A DNA stretch of 64,000 nucleotides from Patescibacteria group bacterium (GCA_041651095.1 JBAZJV010000001.1:19835-83834), one strand, 5' to 3'; shown: positions 1 to 7,423, counted from the first letter of the stretch. Translations and numbers: made by a program. The notes: generated by a model not told the origin, from the sequence alone.

Positions 1-1624
1 GACGCAAGGTCTTGGCGATGATTTCTTCGGTCAAGCCGTCCGTCTTGGTGTCCAGCTGGATAGCGGTCAAGCCGCTGTCCGTGCCGGTAATCTTGAAATC
101 CATGCCGCCATCGCCGTCTTCCAGATCCTGAATATCGGTCAGGACCTCCCATTTGCTCATATCGGCGTTGGAAGCCAGTCCCATGGCGATGCCCGCCACC
201 GGTTTCTTGATTGGCACGCCGGCGTCCATCAGGGCCAGGGTGGAAGCGCAGGTGGAGGCCATGGAAGAAGATCCGTTGGAGCCCAGGGTCTCGCTGACGA
301 TGCGGACGGTGTATGGGAATTCGTCTTTATTCGGCACCATCGGCAGCAAAGCTTTCTCGGCTAAGGCGCCGTGGCCGATTTCCCGGCGGCCGGTGCCGCG
401 CAGCGGCGAAGTTTCGCCTACTGAATACGGCGGGAAATTATAATGATGCATGTAGCGTTTTTTGCTTTGTCCCTCCAAGCCTTCCAGCGATTGCTCCAGG
501 CCGGGCGCGCCCAGGGTCACGATGGACATGACTTGGGTTTCGCCACGGGAGAACAGGGAAGTCCCGTGATCGCGCGGCAGGACCGCGACGGCGGCCGACA
601 GCGGCCGGATCTCATCCAAAGCCCGGCCGTCCACGCGTTTTTTGTCCTCGGTAATCGCCCGGGTGATTTCGGCGTCAATGGCCGGGTCGACGATTTTTTT
701 TATAATCTGATAGCGCTGATCGCTATCTACTCCTTGTCCGGCCAGATATTCATTCAACTGGTCCTTGATGGCGGTTACCGCTAATTTACGTTCACCCTTG
801 GTGTAGTAAGTCTTGTCGAACAAGATTTTGTGTATGTTTTCTTTCAGCCAGTTTTCTCCGAGCGCCAAGAACCCGTTATGTTTCTGTTCCGCCGCGATCT
901 CTTCGGCACTTTCCGGTTTCTTGGGGACCAGCGGGCTCAGTTTCGGCGTGATATTCTGCTGTAGTTCCTTGATCAGATTGATCGCTTCCTGCATCTTTTC
1001 CTGGCCAGACATGATCGCTCGCAGCATGGCGTCTTCCGGTACCTCCTGGGCGCCCGCTTCGATCATGATGACTTTTTTCTCCGTTCCGGCGACGATGAGA
1101 TCCAAGCTGCTCTTAGCCTGCTCGGCATAAGTCGGATTGAAAACGAATTGCCCGTCGATTAAACCGACGCGTACGCCGCCGATCGGACCATGCCAGTCCA
1201 GGCCGGAAATGGCCAGGGCGGCGGAAGCGGCCACCAGGGAGACGATATCGTAATCATTTTCCTGGTCGACGGCCAGGACGGTGATGATGACCTGGACGTC
1301 GCGGTTATCGCCGCCGGCGAACAGGGGCCGGATTGACCGGTCGATCATCCGGCCGGTCAGGACGGATTGGTCGGTCGGACGGCCTTCGCGCTTGATCCAG
1401 CGCGAACCCTTGATGATGCCGGCGGCATAGAGTTTTTCTTCGAAATCCACCATGAGCGGGAAGAAATCGATGCCGATCCGCTCGGCGCGCGCCTGGACGA
1501 CCGTGGCTTGCACCACGGTTTCGCCGTATTGGACCCAGACGGCCGCGTCAGCCTGTTTGGCGACATGGCCGGTCCGGATAGTGAGAGGGCGGCCCAGCCA
1601 CTCCCGGGTAAAGGTTTTTTCCAT
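1..1624 (-). CDS. pnp: Polynucleotide phosphorylase (PNPase); the 3' part of the CDS runs off the left edge of the window
   Basis: It is absent from the ORF track because there is no in-window stop. Hand translation from the ATG at 1622-1624 gives MEKTFTREWLGRPLTIRTGHVAKQADAAVWVQYGETVV..FFPLMVDFEEKLYAAGIIKGSRWIKREGRPTDQSVLTGRMIDRSIRPLF. Near position 1 the same frame reads DMSKWEVLTDIQDLEDGDGGMDFKITGTDSGLTAIQLDTK, the classic PNPase PH-domain-2 motif. The + strand ORFs at 153-1714 are antisense artefacts. Confidence 0.9.
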   Translation of the reverse strand, partial: MEKTFTREWLGRPLTIRTGHVAKQADAAVWVQYGETVVQATVVQARAERIGIDFFPLMVDFEEKLYAAGIIKGSRWIKREGRPTDQSVLTGRMIDRSIRPLFAGGDNRDVQVIITVLAVDQENDYDIVSLVAASAALAISGLDWHGPIGGVRVGLIDGQFVFNPTYAEQAKSSLDLIVAGTEKKVIMIEAGAQEVPEDAMLRAIMSGQEKMQEAINLIKELQQNITPKLSPLVPKKPESAEEIAAEQKHNGFLALGENWLKENIHKILFDKTYYTKGERKLAVTAIKDQLNEYLAGQGVDSDQRYQIIKKIVDPAIDAEITRAITEDKKRVDGRALDEIRPLSAAVAVLPRDHGTSLFSRGETQVMSIVTLGAPGLEQSLEGLEGQSKKRYMHHYNFPPYSVGETSPLRGTGRREIGHGALAEKALLPMVPNKDEFPYTVRIVSETLGSNGSSSMASTCASTLALMDAGVPIKKPVAGIAMGLASNADMSKWEVLTDIQDLEDGDGGMDFKITGTDSGLTAIQLDTKTDGLTEEIIAKTLR

Positions 1625-1718
1625 AAGATTGTTTTCGGCTGGCCGCTAAATTACAGGACTGTATTCTTAAAGATACAGTGCTATCTATTTAACGGTCAGC
1701 TTTTGATTAGTTAATAAA

Positions 1719-2222
1719 TTATCGGTTGAAAATTAAGAATTTTTTGCTGCTGCCCAGATCGATAAAATCATCCGCCTCTTCAATCAGCTTGGAGGAGCAG
1801 GTTTTGCGGAACGCCATTATCTCGACCAGACAGCCTTTGGTGTTCTGGAGGTAGGAAACCAGCGGCAGATAATCGCCATCGCCGGAAACAATGACCAGCA
1901 CGTCCAGTTTTTCCGCCAGCTTGATGGCGTCGATGGCGATGCCGACATCCCAATCGGCCTTCTTGGCGCCGCCGGCGAACACCTGGAGATCTTTCATCTT
2001 CACTTCGAATCCCTGCTGCTCCAGGGCTTCGACGAACGGCGCTTCTTCCTTGTTTTCTGTCCGGATAGCATAAGCAGTGGCGCGGATCAATTTCCGACCA
2101 GCCACTGCTTTGAGCAAAATTTCTTTAAAATTGACCTTCTTGCCGTAGAGGTTTTTGGCGGAGTGATACATGTTAGAAACATCCACCAGGATGCCCACCC
2201 GTTGCTCTTTATGTTTGATCAT
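1719..2222 (-). CDS. NYN/LabA-like (PIN-related) domain protein, putative RNase
   Basis: 167 aa. The VGILVDVSNMY..WDVGIAIDA..VSGDGDYLPLV pattern is typical of NYN/LabA proteins. It starts 5 nt after the rpsO stop. Confidence 0.7.
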   Translation of the reverse strand: MIKHKEQRVGILVDVSNMYHSAKNLYGKKVNFKEILLKAVAGRKLIRATAYAIRTENKEEAPFVEALEQQGFEVKMKDLQVFAGGAKKADWDVGIAIDAIKLAEKLDVLVIVSGDGDYLPLVSYLQNTKGCLVEIMAFRKTCSSKLIEEADDFIDLGSSKKFLIFNR

Positions 2223-2227
2223 AATGA

Positions 2228-2605
2228 TTATTTGTCGTCTTCGGCGCCGCCCTCTTTATTTTCCAGATCATCCTCTTCGCTGTCGATGTATTTCTTTTCC
2301 TTCTTTTTTTCTTCTTCCTCTTCTTCCTGCAGCTTCTGGGCGATTTTCAATTTCAGCTTGTCGGCCAGTTCCTTGAATTGCTCGGCGCTTTCCTTTTGCA
2401 GGAATTTTAGGAGCTTGCGGCGCTCGCTGACTTTTTTCAGCAGGCCGCGGCGGGAAGAGAAATCATGCTTGTGCTGTTTCAAGTGCTCGGTCAGCTCCTT
2501 GATTTCTTCCGTCAGGATCGCGATCTGGACCTGCGGGGAGCCGGTATCGGTTTCATGGACGCGGAATTTTTTAATGATTCGCTCTTTGGCTTTTTTGTCT
2601 AACAT
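2228..2605 (-). CDS. rpsO: 30S ribosomal protein S15 with a ~38-aa E/K-rich C-terminal extension
   Basis: The first ~87 aa carry the S15 signature ([40 protein letters not shown]). The tail is [38 protein letters not shown]. Confidence 0.9.
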   Translation of the reverse strand: MLDKKAKERIIKKFRVHETDTGSPQVQIAILTEEIKELTEHLKQHKHDFSSRRGLLKKVSERRKLLKFLQKESAEQFKELADKLKLKIAQKLQEEEEEEKKKEKKYIDSEEDDLENKEGGAEDDK

Positions 2606-2696
2606 AGTTTTGGCGCTTATCCGAGTGGCGGCTCGGCCCCCGGTTTCAGGGCTTCAGTCTCCGTCACCAAGATAAGTACATTAATTATATATATGC

Positions 2697-2957
2697 CTAT
2701 TTCAAGGCATTAATTTTTTTCATTAAACGCGATTTCTTGCGGGCCGCGGTATTTTTCTTGATGACGCCTTTTTTGGCGGCCTTATCTATAGCCTGGACGG
2801 TTTTCGAATATTCGCTTTTGATCTTCAAATCATTGGCCTTGATTTGTTTTAGGCTTATTTTAGTTAAATTTTTGAGTTTATTGGAAACTTTCTTGTTGAC
2901 CGAGTTTCTCTTGGCGGCTTTTCGTAATTCTTTGGCCGCCGATTTCTTGTTGGGCAT
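2697..2957 (-). CDS. rpsT: 30S ribosomal protein S20
   Basis: 86 aa, very basic, with the MPNKKSAAKELRKAAKRN N-terminus and the AIDKAAKKGVIKKNTAARKKSRL motif. Confidence 0.85.
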   Translation of the reverse strand: MPNKKSAAKELRKAAKRNSVNKKVSNKLKNLTKISLKQIKANDLKIKSEYSKTVQAIDKAAKKGVIKKNTAARKKSRLMKKINALK

Positions 2958-3119
2958 ACGGAATGTCTAAAAAATAAGTTAATTAATAATGCCTGAATAC
3001 TAACACGATAGTAAATAAAAATCAAGTCTGGCTTAGCTGGAGGCGGCCCGGTTTCAGTCTGCCGCGTTGAATTGGCCGGGCCGTTACGAAATTTAGCATT
3101 TTATTATATACTAGTTAAT

Positions 3120-3887
3120 ATGAATAAGCTAACCGTGAAAACTAAGACCGCGCTGATTGTTGGAGCCACTATCGTTATGGTCGGTGGTGTTTATCTTAAC
3201 CGCGCTTATTCCCATATCTATAGCACTATCGGCGCCGCCGGCTTGCCGCCGGTGGAAACGCCTGGCCGTCATACGATCATTAATAATTCGGAGGCCGGCG
3301 AACCTTTGGTTTATGCCATTTTAGGCGATAGCTTGAGCGCCGGTGCCGGCGCCGAGCGTCCGGCCGATTCGTTGCCCCATCAATTGGCCGTCCGGCTGGC
3401 TGGTCCGGCACGCAATGCCATCTTATATAATGAATCGGTATCGAGCTATAAGACAGCCGACTTGCTGCCGATATTGCTGCCGGTCACTATCGCCGCCCAG
3501 CCGGACGTCGTCACCGTTCTGATCGGCGTCAACGATATCCATAACCAAGTATCTCTGCCGGATTTTCGGCGTAATTATGAGCAGATTCTGGAGCAGCTGA
3601 CAGCCGGGACCACGGCGCGCATTTATGCCGTCAGCATTCCATTTATCGGCGCCGACCGGCTGATGCGGCCGCCCTACCAGGCTTATTTCGATTATCAGAC
3701 CAGGCGGTTCAATGCCGTCATCCAGGAACTGGCCGTTAAATACGGAGTCAGCTATGTTGACCTGTATAGCCCAACCGTCAGCTTATTCAAGAAATCAGGC
3801 GGGCATTACTCCGCCGACTTATTTCATCCCTCCGCTACCGGGTATCAGATCTGGGCGGATTTAATTTATGATCGTATCCATCAGTAA
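3120..3887 (+). CDS. SGNH/GDSL-family hydrolase (esterase / O-acetyltransferase-type), N-terminal TM anchor
   Basis: Block I is ILGDSLSAGAG, block III is IGVNDI and block V is DLFHPS. The ATG at 3120 (MNKLTVK..) is preferred over the TTG at 3072 given in the track. Confidence 0.75.
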   Translation: MNKLTVKTKTALIVGATIVMVGGVYLNRAYSHIYSTIGAAGLPPVETPGRHTIINNSEAGEPLVYAILGDSLSAGAGAERPADSLPHQLAVRLAGPARNAILYNESVSSYKTADLLPILLPVTIAAQPDVVTVLIGVNDIHNQVSLPDFRRNYEQILEQLTAGTTARIYAVSIPFIGADRLMRPPYQAYFDYQTRRFNAVIQELAVKYGVSYVDLYSPTVSLFKKSGGHYSADLFHPSATGYQIWADLIYDRIHQ

Positions 3888-5001
3888 TCCGGTCTCAGCT
3901 ACCGTCATCTTCGCCCTGCTATTATTCATCGTCGTGGCACTGTTCAGCCATAAGCGTCCGATTCGGGAGTGGTTTTCCCCCGCACTGACTTCAGAGCTCA
4001 AGGGCTTAGCCATCTTGATGATCGTTTTGTCCCATATTGGCTATTTTTTGGTTGATGATCATCGTTTTTTGTGGCCGCTGTCGATTGCCGCCGGCGTCGG
4101 CGTTAATCTCTTCCTGCTCTTGTCCGGTTTCGGGTTGACGGCCAGCCAATTGCGAAAGGATTTATCGGTCTGGGAATTTTATAAGCGCCGTTTAAGTAAA
4201 ATTTATGCGCCGTTCTGGTTGGTCTTATCGGTTTTCTTTATCCTGGATTGGCTGGTCCGGCATATTGCTTATGGCTGGCCTTATGTCGTCCGCTCGTTTG
4301 CCGGATTGTTCCTCCACGCCGACTTATATCAGGATGTTAATTCGCCATTATGGTATCTGACTTTCATCCTGGGTTATTATTTGTTATTTCCTTGGGTATT
4401 TTCCAAAAGCCGGCCCTGGCTTTCGGCGTTTGTCCTGTATTTAGCCGGCTATTTGTTGGTTTATTTCCAGCCCCATTATTTTGATAATGTCATTTATCTG
4501 TATAAGGTTCATATCATCGCTTTTCCTTTGGGCGTCCTGGCAGCCTGGGCGGTCGCCAAGCTGGGGAAGGCCGATAAGCTGGAAGCTTGGTCACACGGCC
4601 GCCGGGCCATCGTTTACTATGGCGTCCTGGCGGCGCTCTTAGCATTATTCATTTATGCCAACATTAATTCGGGGATCGGCGGCAGCGCTAATTGGGAGCA
4701 ATGGATGAGCATCATTGCCGCCCTGGCTATCGTCGGAGCCTTCATGATGAAGAAAATAGAATTCCGGCTGTTATATTGGTTCGGGCTGTATTCTTATGAA
4801 ATCTATCTTTGGCATTGGCCGATAATGTACCGTTACGATTTTCTATATAAGTATCTGCCGGCTTGGCCCGGCTTGGCCACCGCCCTATATTTAGCCTTCT
4901 TCATCGGCCTCGGCTGGTTGGCGCAGCAGGCGGTAAGTCGGATTGATTTCCAGCCACGCCCGAATCCGGCAGCCGCACTGACCGATAAAAAAGCGACGTG
5001 A
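3868..5001 (+). CDS. Acyltransferase family 3 (AT3) integral membrane O-acyltransferase
   Basis: 377 aa and polytopic. It has the LKGLAILMIVLSHIG N-terminal motif typical of AT3/OatA-type acyltransferases and overlaps the SGNH gene by 20 nt. Confidence 0.7.
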   Translation: MIVSISNPVSATVIFALLLFIVVALFSHKRPIREWFSPALTSELKGLAILMIVLSHIGYFLVDDHRFLWPLSIAAGVGVNLFLLLSGFGLTASQLRKDLSVWEFYKRRLSKIYAPFWLVLSVFFILDWLVRHIAYGWPYVVRSFAGLFLHADLYQDVNSPLWYLTFILGYYLLFPWVFSKSRPWLSAFVLYLAGYLLVYFQPHYFDNVIYLYKVHIIAFPLGVLAAWAVAKLGKADKLEAWSHGRRAIVYYGVLAALLALFIYANINSGIGGSANWEQWMSIIAALAIVGAFMMKKIEFRLLYWFGLYSYEIYLWHWPIMYRYDFLYKYLPAWPGLATALYLAFFIGLGWLAQQAVSRIDFQPRPNPAAALTDKKAT

Positions 5002-5030
5002 ATCAATTGATCGTTCTAGTCCGCTAATTT

Positions 5031-5059
5031 AAAAACTCGCCAGGACGGCGAGTTTTTTG
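5031..5059. terminator. Bidirectional rho-independent terminator hairpin
   Basis: AAAAACTCGCC-aggac-GGCGAGTTTTTT: a 7-bp GC-rich stem flanked by an A-run and a T-run. It lies after the AT3 gene (+) and directly after the tRNA-Pro 3' end (-). Confidence 0.6.
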
Positions 5060-5134
5060 TCGGGGTGGAGAGATTTGAACTCTCGATCTTCTGGTCCCAA
5101 ACCAGACGCCTTAGACCAACTGGGCCACACCCCG
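5060..5134 (-). tRNA. tRNA-Pro (anticodon TGG)
   Basis: The minus strand reads CGGGGTG TG GCCC AGTTGGTCTA AGGC G TCTGG TTTGGGA CCAGA AGATC GAGAG TTCAAAT CTCTC CACCCCG A. This folds into a full cloverleaf. No CCA is encoded. Confidence 0.9.
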
Positions 5135-5135
5135 T

Positions 5136-5819
5136 TTATTTTAATTTTTCCTTCAAGCCGTCGATCCAGCCTATCAGACGGAAAAAATGGTTAACATCAT
5201 TTACTCTTAAATGGATCGTTCCATATTGTAGATTTTTATTTCGTTTTTGTAAACTAGACCGACTAATGGCTGAGCAGGTACGCATAAAATTACCTTTTGG
5301 CACCCCAGTCAGTCTATGCCAAAAATTTATTGATTTGTTAGCATCTTTCAGATTATGGATCATTAGTTGAATTTTTATTTGGTCTTTTTTTAGGTTTAAA
5401 AATTTAGTAAAAAATTTAACCATCAATTTAACCATATCCGGATCAGAATTAGCGAAGTCTAAACTCTTCCATTTACTGTTGGAAGCCCCTCTTTTGTATC
5501 CTTCAGCCCAATAGAGTGATGTGCCGGCCAAAAATAGTGGGTCTGACAGCATTTTTCTAGACTCATACTTGGCTGATTTGCGCATGTTATTATGTCTTTC
5601 AGAAGCAATGATGGTTTGATTTTTATTCCTGGCTATTAAGCTGGCTATAGCCAAAGAATTAGTCCGCGCCTGTATTTTACGGCGAGCTTTATTGGAGATA
5701 ACAAGATCTTTTAGCCAAACGCTCAAAGTGCTTTTAGGTATTTTAAGGGCTAGGCTGATTTGGCTGTAAGACTGTCCGGATTTTCTTAATTTAATAGCTA
5801 AGTCCCTATCGTTTCGCAT
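5136..5819 (-). CDS. HTH + LAGLIDADG-like putative free-standing homing endonuclease (AT-rich insert)
   Basis: 227 aa. The N-terminus is a resolvase-type HTH (SGQSYSQISLALKIPKSTLSVWLK). A single LAGLIDADG-like motif (PLFLAGTSLYWAEGYK) is followed by SLDFANSDPDMVKLMVKFF. The ORF is visibly AT-richer than its neighbours and is wedged between tRNA-Phe and tRNA-Pro. Confidence 0.45.
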   Translation of the reverse strand: MRNDRDLAIKLRKSGQSYSQISLALKIPKSTLSVWLKDLVISNKARRKIQARTNSLAIASLIARNKNQTIIASERHNNMRKSAKYESRKMLSDPLFLAGTSLYWAEGYKRGASNSKWKSLDFANSDPDMVKLMVKFFTKFLNLKKDQIKIQLMIHNLKDANKSINFWHRLTGVPKGNFMRTCSAISRSSLQKRNKNLQYGTIHLRVNDVNHFFRLIGWIDGLKEKLK

Positions 5820-5823
5820 AATA

Positions 5824-5870
5824 TAAAATTGAACCCACGGTAACAGTATTATACCATGGGTTCAATTTTA
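5824..5870 (-). terminator. Long hairpin between tRNA-Phe and the HEG-like ORF (terminator or insert boundary)
   Basis: TAAAATTGAACCCAcGG / CCaTGGGTTCAATTTTA: a 17-bp stem with one mismatch and a 13-nt loop, with A/T runs on both sides. Confidence 0.45.
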
Positions 5871-5879
5871 TATCTATTT

Positions 5880-6196
5880 TGGTGCCCCGGGTCAGAATCG
5901 AACTGACGACACAAGGATTTTCCTTGATGGTTGCTTAGGTTTTCCTAAGGATTGGACTATCTCATCTCCGCTTAAGATATAAGTACGGAGTCGGGCGCTC
6001 ACGGCGGGATTATTGTTGGGCTCACCCGCTAGTCTCTACACCTTCCTTAATCTTAATACCCGATTAAGGCTTGGCTCGGGATTACCATATTTATTGCTAA
6101 ACTTAGGTTTCCCCGAATTCACCCGATTTTCATCCCCATGTTACCATAGGGCGGACCGAAAATCAGTCCTTTGCTCTACCACTGAGCTACCGAGGC
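5880..6196 (-). tRNA. tRNA-Phe (anticodon GAA) interrupted by a group I intron; exons 6196-6165 and 5922-5880, CCA encoded
   Basis: The joined exons read GCCTCGG TA GCTC AGTGGTA GAGC A AAGGA CTGAAAA TCCTT GTGTC GTCAG TTCGATT CTGAC CCGGGGC A CCA. This is 75 nt and close to E. coli tRNA-Phe as I recall it. Confidence 0.85.
5923..6164 (-). ncRNA. Group I intron (IC3-like, Azoarcus / cyanobacterial tRNA-intron type), 242 nt, no internal ORF
   Basis: Core blocks are GGGGAAACCTAAG, TATGGTAATCCCGAGCCAAGCC, GGAAGGTGTAGAGACTAGCGGG and GATAGTCCAAT. P1 forms between exon GGACU and intron GGUCC with a U.G pair at the splice site. The intron ends in G before G34. Confidence 0.85.
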
Positions 6197-6215
6197 ATAT
6201 TCATTTGTAAAATAG

Positions 6216-6288
6216 TTGCGGGGGCCGGACTCGAACCGGCGACCTCTAGGTTATGGGCCTAGCGAGCTGCCAACTGCTCTACCCCGCG
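6216..6288 (-). tRNA. Initiator-type tRNA-Met (anticodon CAT) with an atypical anticodon arm
   Basis: CGCGGGG TA GAGC AGTTGGCA GCTC G CTAGG CCCATAA CCTAG AGGTC GCCGG TTCGAGT CCGGC CCCCGCA A. It has the C1xA72 mismatch and the A11:U24 pair that mark bacterial initiators. No CCA is encoded. Confidence 0.8.
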
Positions 6289-6302
6289 ATTATGGCTAAC
6301 AG

Positions 6303-6376
6303 TGGGCAATGGTGGACTCGAACCACCGACCTCAACATTATCAGTGTTGCGCTCTAACCAACTGAGCTAATTGCCC
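6303..6376 (-). tRNA. tRNA-Ile (anticodon GAT)
   Basis: GGGCAAT TA GCTC AGTTGGTTA GAGC G CAACA CTGATAA TGTTG AGGTC GGTGG TTCGAGT CCACC ATTGCCC A. Confidence 0.9.
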
Positions 6377-6454
6377 GTTTTTAACTGACAAGAATATAAC
6401 AAAGATTAAATGAAAAAGCAAGTCTGGCGACGGGTTGATTCGTCCGCTGTCCGC

Positions 6455-7423
6455 CTAGAGACCGGAAATCAGCAGAGTTAATTCCGTTTTCACGTCGCCG
6501 CTGCCGGTCTTGTTGCCAAAATCCAGGCGGAGCAAACGATCCAGATAATTTTTTAAACTGGCGGCGCTGAAATTCTTGGCTTGCAGCAGGCCCTTTTTGA
6601 CGACAAAGGGATGCAAGCGCAATTGGGCGGCCAGGTCAGTCGGCATTTTTGGCCCGTCCAGCGCCGTCCGGATCTGCAGCAATATCTTGAATTGGCGAAT
6701 AAGCATAGCAATCAGATATTCGTCGCTCAGTCCGGCCGCATATTGTTCGGCCAGCAGGCTGACCGCCATTTTTTTGTTCTTGGCGCTCAAAGCGTCAGTC
6801 AGGCCGAAGATATTCTCGTCATAAGATCCGGCCACAGTGTCCTGGACCAACTCGGTCGAGATGGATTTGTCGGTGCTGCCGAAAGCCAGTTTGCGCAGAT
6901 TGCCGGCGATCAGCCACAGGTCGCCGCCGGTCAGATTAAGCAGCAGAGAGGCGGCCGGCACGCCGATTTCTTTCTGGTAGGAGGCAGCTTCTTTCTTGAT
7001 GAAAGCCAGCAGCTGGCTGTCGGAGAGCGGCTTGAATTCCTGGGAATAGGGCTGTTTGGCCAGGTAGGCGAATAATTTTTTCGTTTCCGCTTTGAGCGGC
7101 GTCGCCTTGGTATTCAATTCTTCGTCGCGGAAGATAATCACGTCATTCTCGTCGCGCGCCACTTTTTTCAGATAGTCGGTCAGGGCGGCGAAGATCTTGT
7201 CTTTCTTGTTTTGGAAGATGTTTTCCACGACTACCAGGCGTTTTTTGACGAATAAGGAGCCGGTATTGATGCGTTCCGTGATATCTTTCAGGGTCGCGGC
7301 GCTGCCGTCAAGCACGCTCACACTGCTGGCGTCCGGATCGACATCGCGAGTGAATTTAAGTTGTAAGTCGCGGAGGAAGCGCCGGGAACGGAAAGTGTCG
7401 GCGCCGTATAAAAAGATGATCAT
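6455..7423 (-). CDS. holA: DNA polymerase III delta subunit
   Basis: 322 aa. It has the MIIFLYGADTFRSRRF N-terminus, and its length and helical C-terminal domain are typical of HolA. It shares a 4-nt ATGA overlap with murI. Confidence 0.7.
   Translation of the reverse strand: MIIFLYGADTFRSRRFLRDLQLKFTRDVDPDASSVSVLDGSAATLKDITERINTGSLFVKKRLVVVENIFQNKKDKIFAALTDYLKKVARDENDVIIFRDEELNTKATPLKAETKKLFAYLAKQPYSQEFKPLSDSQLLAFIKKEAASYQKEIGVPAASLLLNLTGGDLWLIAGNLRKLAFGSTDKSISTELVQDTVAGSYDENIFGLTDALSAKNKKMAVSLLAEQYAAGLSDEYLIAMLIRQFKILLQIRTALDGPKMPTDLAAQLRLHPFVVKKGLLQAKNFSAASLKNYLDRLLRLDFGNKTGSGDVKTELTLLISGL

Noticed and set aside
153-1714. Several 65-115-aa + strand ORFs in the first 1.7 kb
   Set aside because: They lie antisense to a continuous PNPase reading frame that I could translate at both ends. 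Their sequences are low-complexity (R/A/G/P-rich), as is typical of antisense frames.
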